DNA of 64,000 nucleotides from Podarcis muralis (lineage: Eukaryota): assembly GCF_964188315.1 (NCBI RefSeq), contig NC_135658.1:77252001-77316000 (forward strand), written 5' to 3'. A program made the position numbers and the translations under genes. Shown here piece after piece: positions 62,170 to 64,000 of the stretch. The notes beneath the pieces are model-generated. The model ran no database searches. It was not told the origin of the DNA and worked only from the letters and a program-made list of their open reading frames with translations. Every line of letters begins with the position of its first letter. Position 1 is the first letter of the stretch.

Positions 62170-63204
62170 TGTTACGGAAAAATCTAGGTGCGAGGCTGCT
62201 CAGTCACCCAGCTCGTTGGGCAGAGCCCACGGGTCCCTGCGGAATAGAGGATGAAGTTCAGCCACCAACCGGAGCAAATAGCTGCAGACCAAAGTTTATT
62301 GCGCAACAGGTTCAAAGAGGAATTTTGAACCCGGAGGATGGGGTGACAAGGACTTTTAAAAGTTTCTGTTTTATCCCAGCATACAGTTCATGAATCATTA
62401 TCACTACATCATTGCTACATCAGAAAAGGGGAGGGTTATACATGATTAAGGGACGCGGGTGGCGCTGTGGGTTAAACCACAGAGCCTAGGACTTGCCGAT
62501 CAGAAGGTCGGCGGTTCGAATCCCTGCAACGGGGTGAGCTCCTGTTGCTTGGTCCCTGCTCCTGCCAACCTAGCAGTTTGAAAGCACATCAAAGTGCAAG
62601 TAGATAAATAGGTACCGCTCCGGCAGGAAGGTAAAGAGCGTTTCCATGTGCTGCTCTGGTTCGCCAGAAGCGGCTTAGTCATGCTGGCCACATGACCCGG
62701 AAGCTGTACGCCGGCTCCCTCGGCCAATAAAGTGAGATGAGCGCCGCAACCCCAGAGTCAGCCACGACTGGACCTAATGGTCAGGGGTCCCTTTACCTTT
62801 ACCTTTATACAAGATTAACATAGAAGGAATGTGTATGTATTGGGAAGTACATTCTAAGCACCTACTACAAAGGGACAATAGAACTTTGGTTTGCATAGTC
62901 TGCCACCTGGGCAAGTCCGGAGGAGTGCCTTTGCCCAGTGATTGACACCTATGAGATTGACACTCCTGTGAGTATGTGACCTCCCACTTGAAGGATTATG
63001 GCGGGGACCGAGTGGTTTCCAAGTCCTTGGCCGATGAAGCAAATTGGCGGCGGAATGAAGGAATCTAGCAAAGGAGTTGATTTTATATGATTTTTAAAGC
63101 TAGGTAATTTCCTTGTCAAGTCGAAAGGATACATTTATGCATAGTATTTGTAACATTTAACAACTTTAAAGATGTGCCCCCCCACCCCGGTAATTTCCGT
63201 AACA
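62170..63204 (-). mobile_element. Solo LTR (ERV/Gypsy-like) interrupted by a Sauria SINE
   Basis: 11-bp terminal inverted repeat TGTTACGGAAA/TTTCCGTAACA and minus-strand AATAAA at 62295-300. Only 3 bp (AGC) match in the flanks. Confidence 0.7.
62450..62806 (+). mobile_element. Sauria SINE, subfamily A, nested in the LTR
   Basis: 14-bp TSD TTATACA(T/A)GATTAA. Confidence 0.95.
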
Positions 63205-64000
63205 AGCTTTTCTATGGACAGTGGCTTTCTATAGAGCTTAGCCTGTGAAAGGCTGGGCAGCAGCCCCAGCATCATGGAACCACGGCCTATACTGGTCACA
63301 ATGCAGTAGTTGCAAGAAAAGAAGCTGGATAGTGCATTGTGGGTAACCAGTTTTGTTGTCGTTGCATCTCCTGTAAGGATGCCCAGAGACAGCAGCTGCC
63401 TACCCTCCCAATGTAAATAATGTACTTAAAGGTGCAAGAGGAAAGCAGGTTCTGAAAAGACGAAATCAAGGCATTGCTCTCTGAGAAGCCAGCAGCACCA
63501 ATATATTGACAAGCTATTTAGACCAGCATGTCTGAACCGAACCAAAGAACACCCAACCCTTGAAATTTCAATTTGCACCAGAAGATTTTGCAGAGAAGCC
63601 AGCTGGAACACAACTTTTTTTTCTGACCATTTTGGGAAAGATGCTTCCACGCCACGTGCTTAGAGTGGAATTGCCATTCTTCACTTACTCTTTATGAGGT
63701 ATCCGCACGACGCCATCATCCAATCATTGTCATCCTGTTTTTCCCCAATGGCTCTTCTGCCAAAAAGTGAATTTTCAGAAGAATGAAAGAGTAACACAGG
63801 CTTGACACCTGTACGATGCCTTTAGCTTTACTCTTCCATCTTTTTAAAAAAAGTATTCCCCCCCCCTTAGAATATTGTATTTATTGAATTAAATTTAAAA
63901 GTATTTCAAAACCACTTAATGTTTTAAATGTTTCCAAGTGGTGTGCAACAGTATGAATCAACATAAAAACACTTAATATCAAAACAGAAGCCCATTGATT

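Overview
Eukaryotic genomic DNA from a squamate reptile, most likely a lacertid lizard: it carries 9 Sauria SINEs, tRNA-Ile/CR1-tail SINEs and BovB/RTE fragments. There are five N-gaps. The only host gene found is the complete 11-exon MRPS9 (uS9m) on the + strand, CDS 18543-60204. All introns are GT-AG, the phases join into a 382-aa ORF, and the start lies in a CpG-island promoter. The remainder is TE-rich intronic and intergenic DNA. The window opens inside an apparently intact Penelope-like element (RT + GIY-YIG) with an unusual ~160-aa C-terminal extension and a hammerhead-ribozyme core. A second, unrelated hammerhead sits in a 220-bp TSD-flanked fold-back element of the Neptune type. Intron 5 holds a 2.7-kb Tc2-like non-autonomous DNA transposon carrying a 154-bp tandem array. 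Also present are two solo LTRs, several Tigger-type and hAT MITEs, and L1/L2/RTE fragments. No prokaryotic systems (CRISPR, operons) are present. TE family names come from recalled consensus features, not from a database search.
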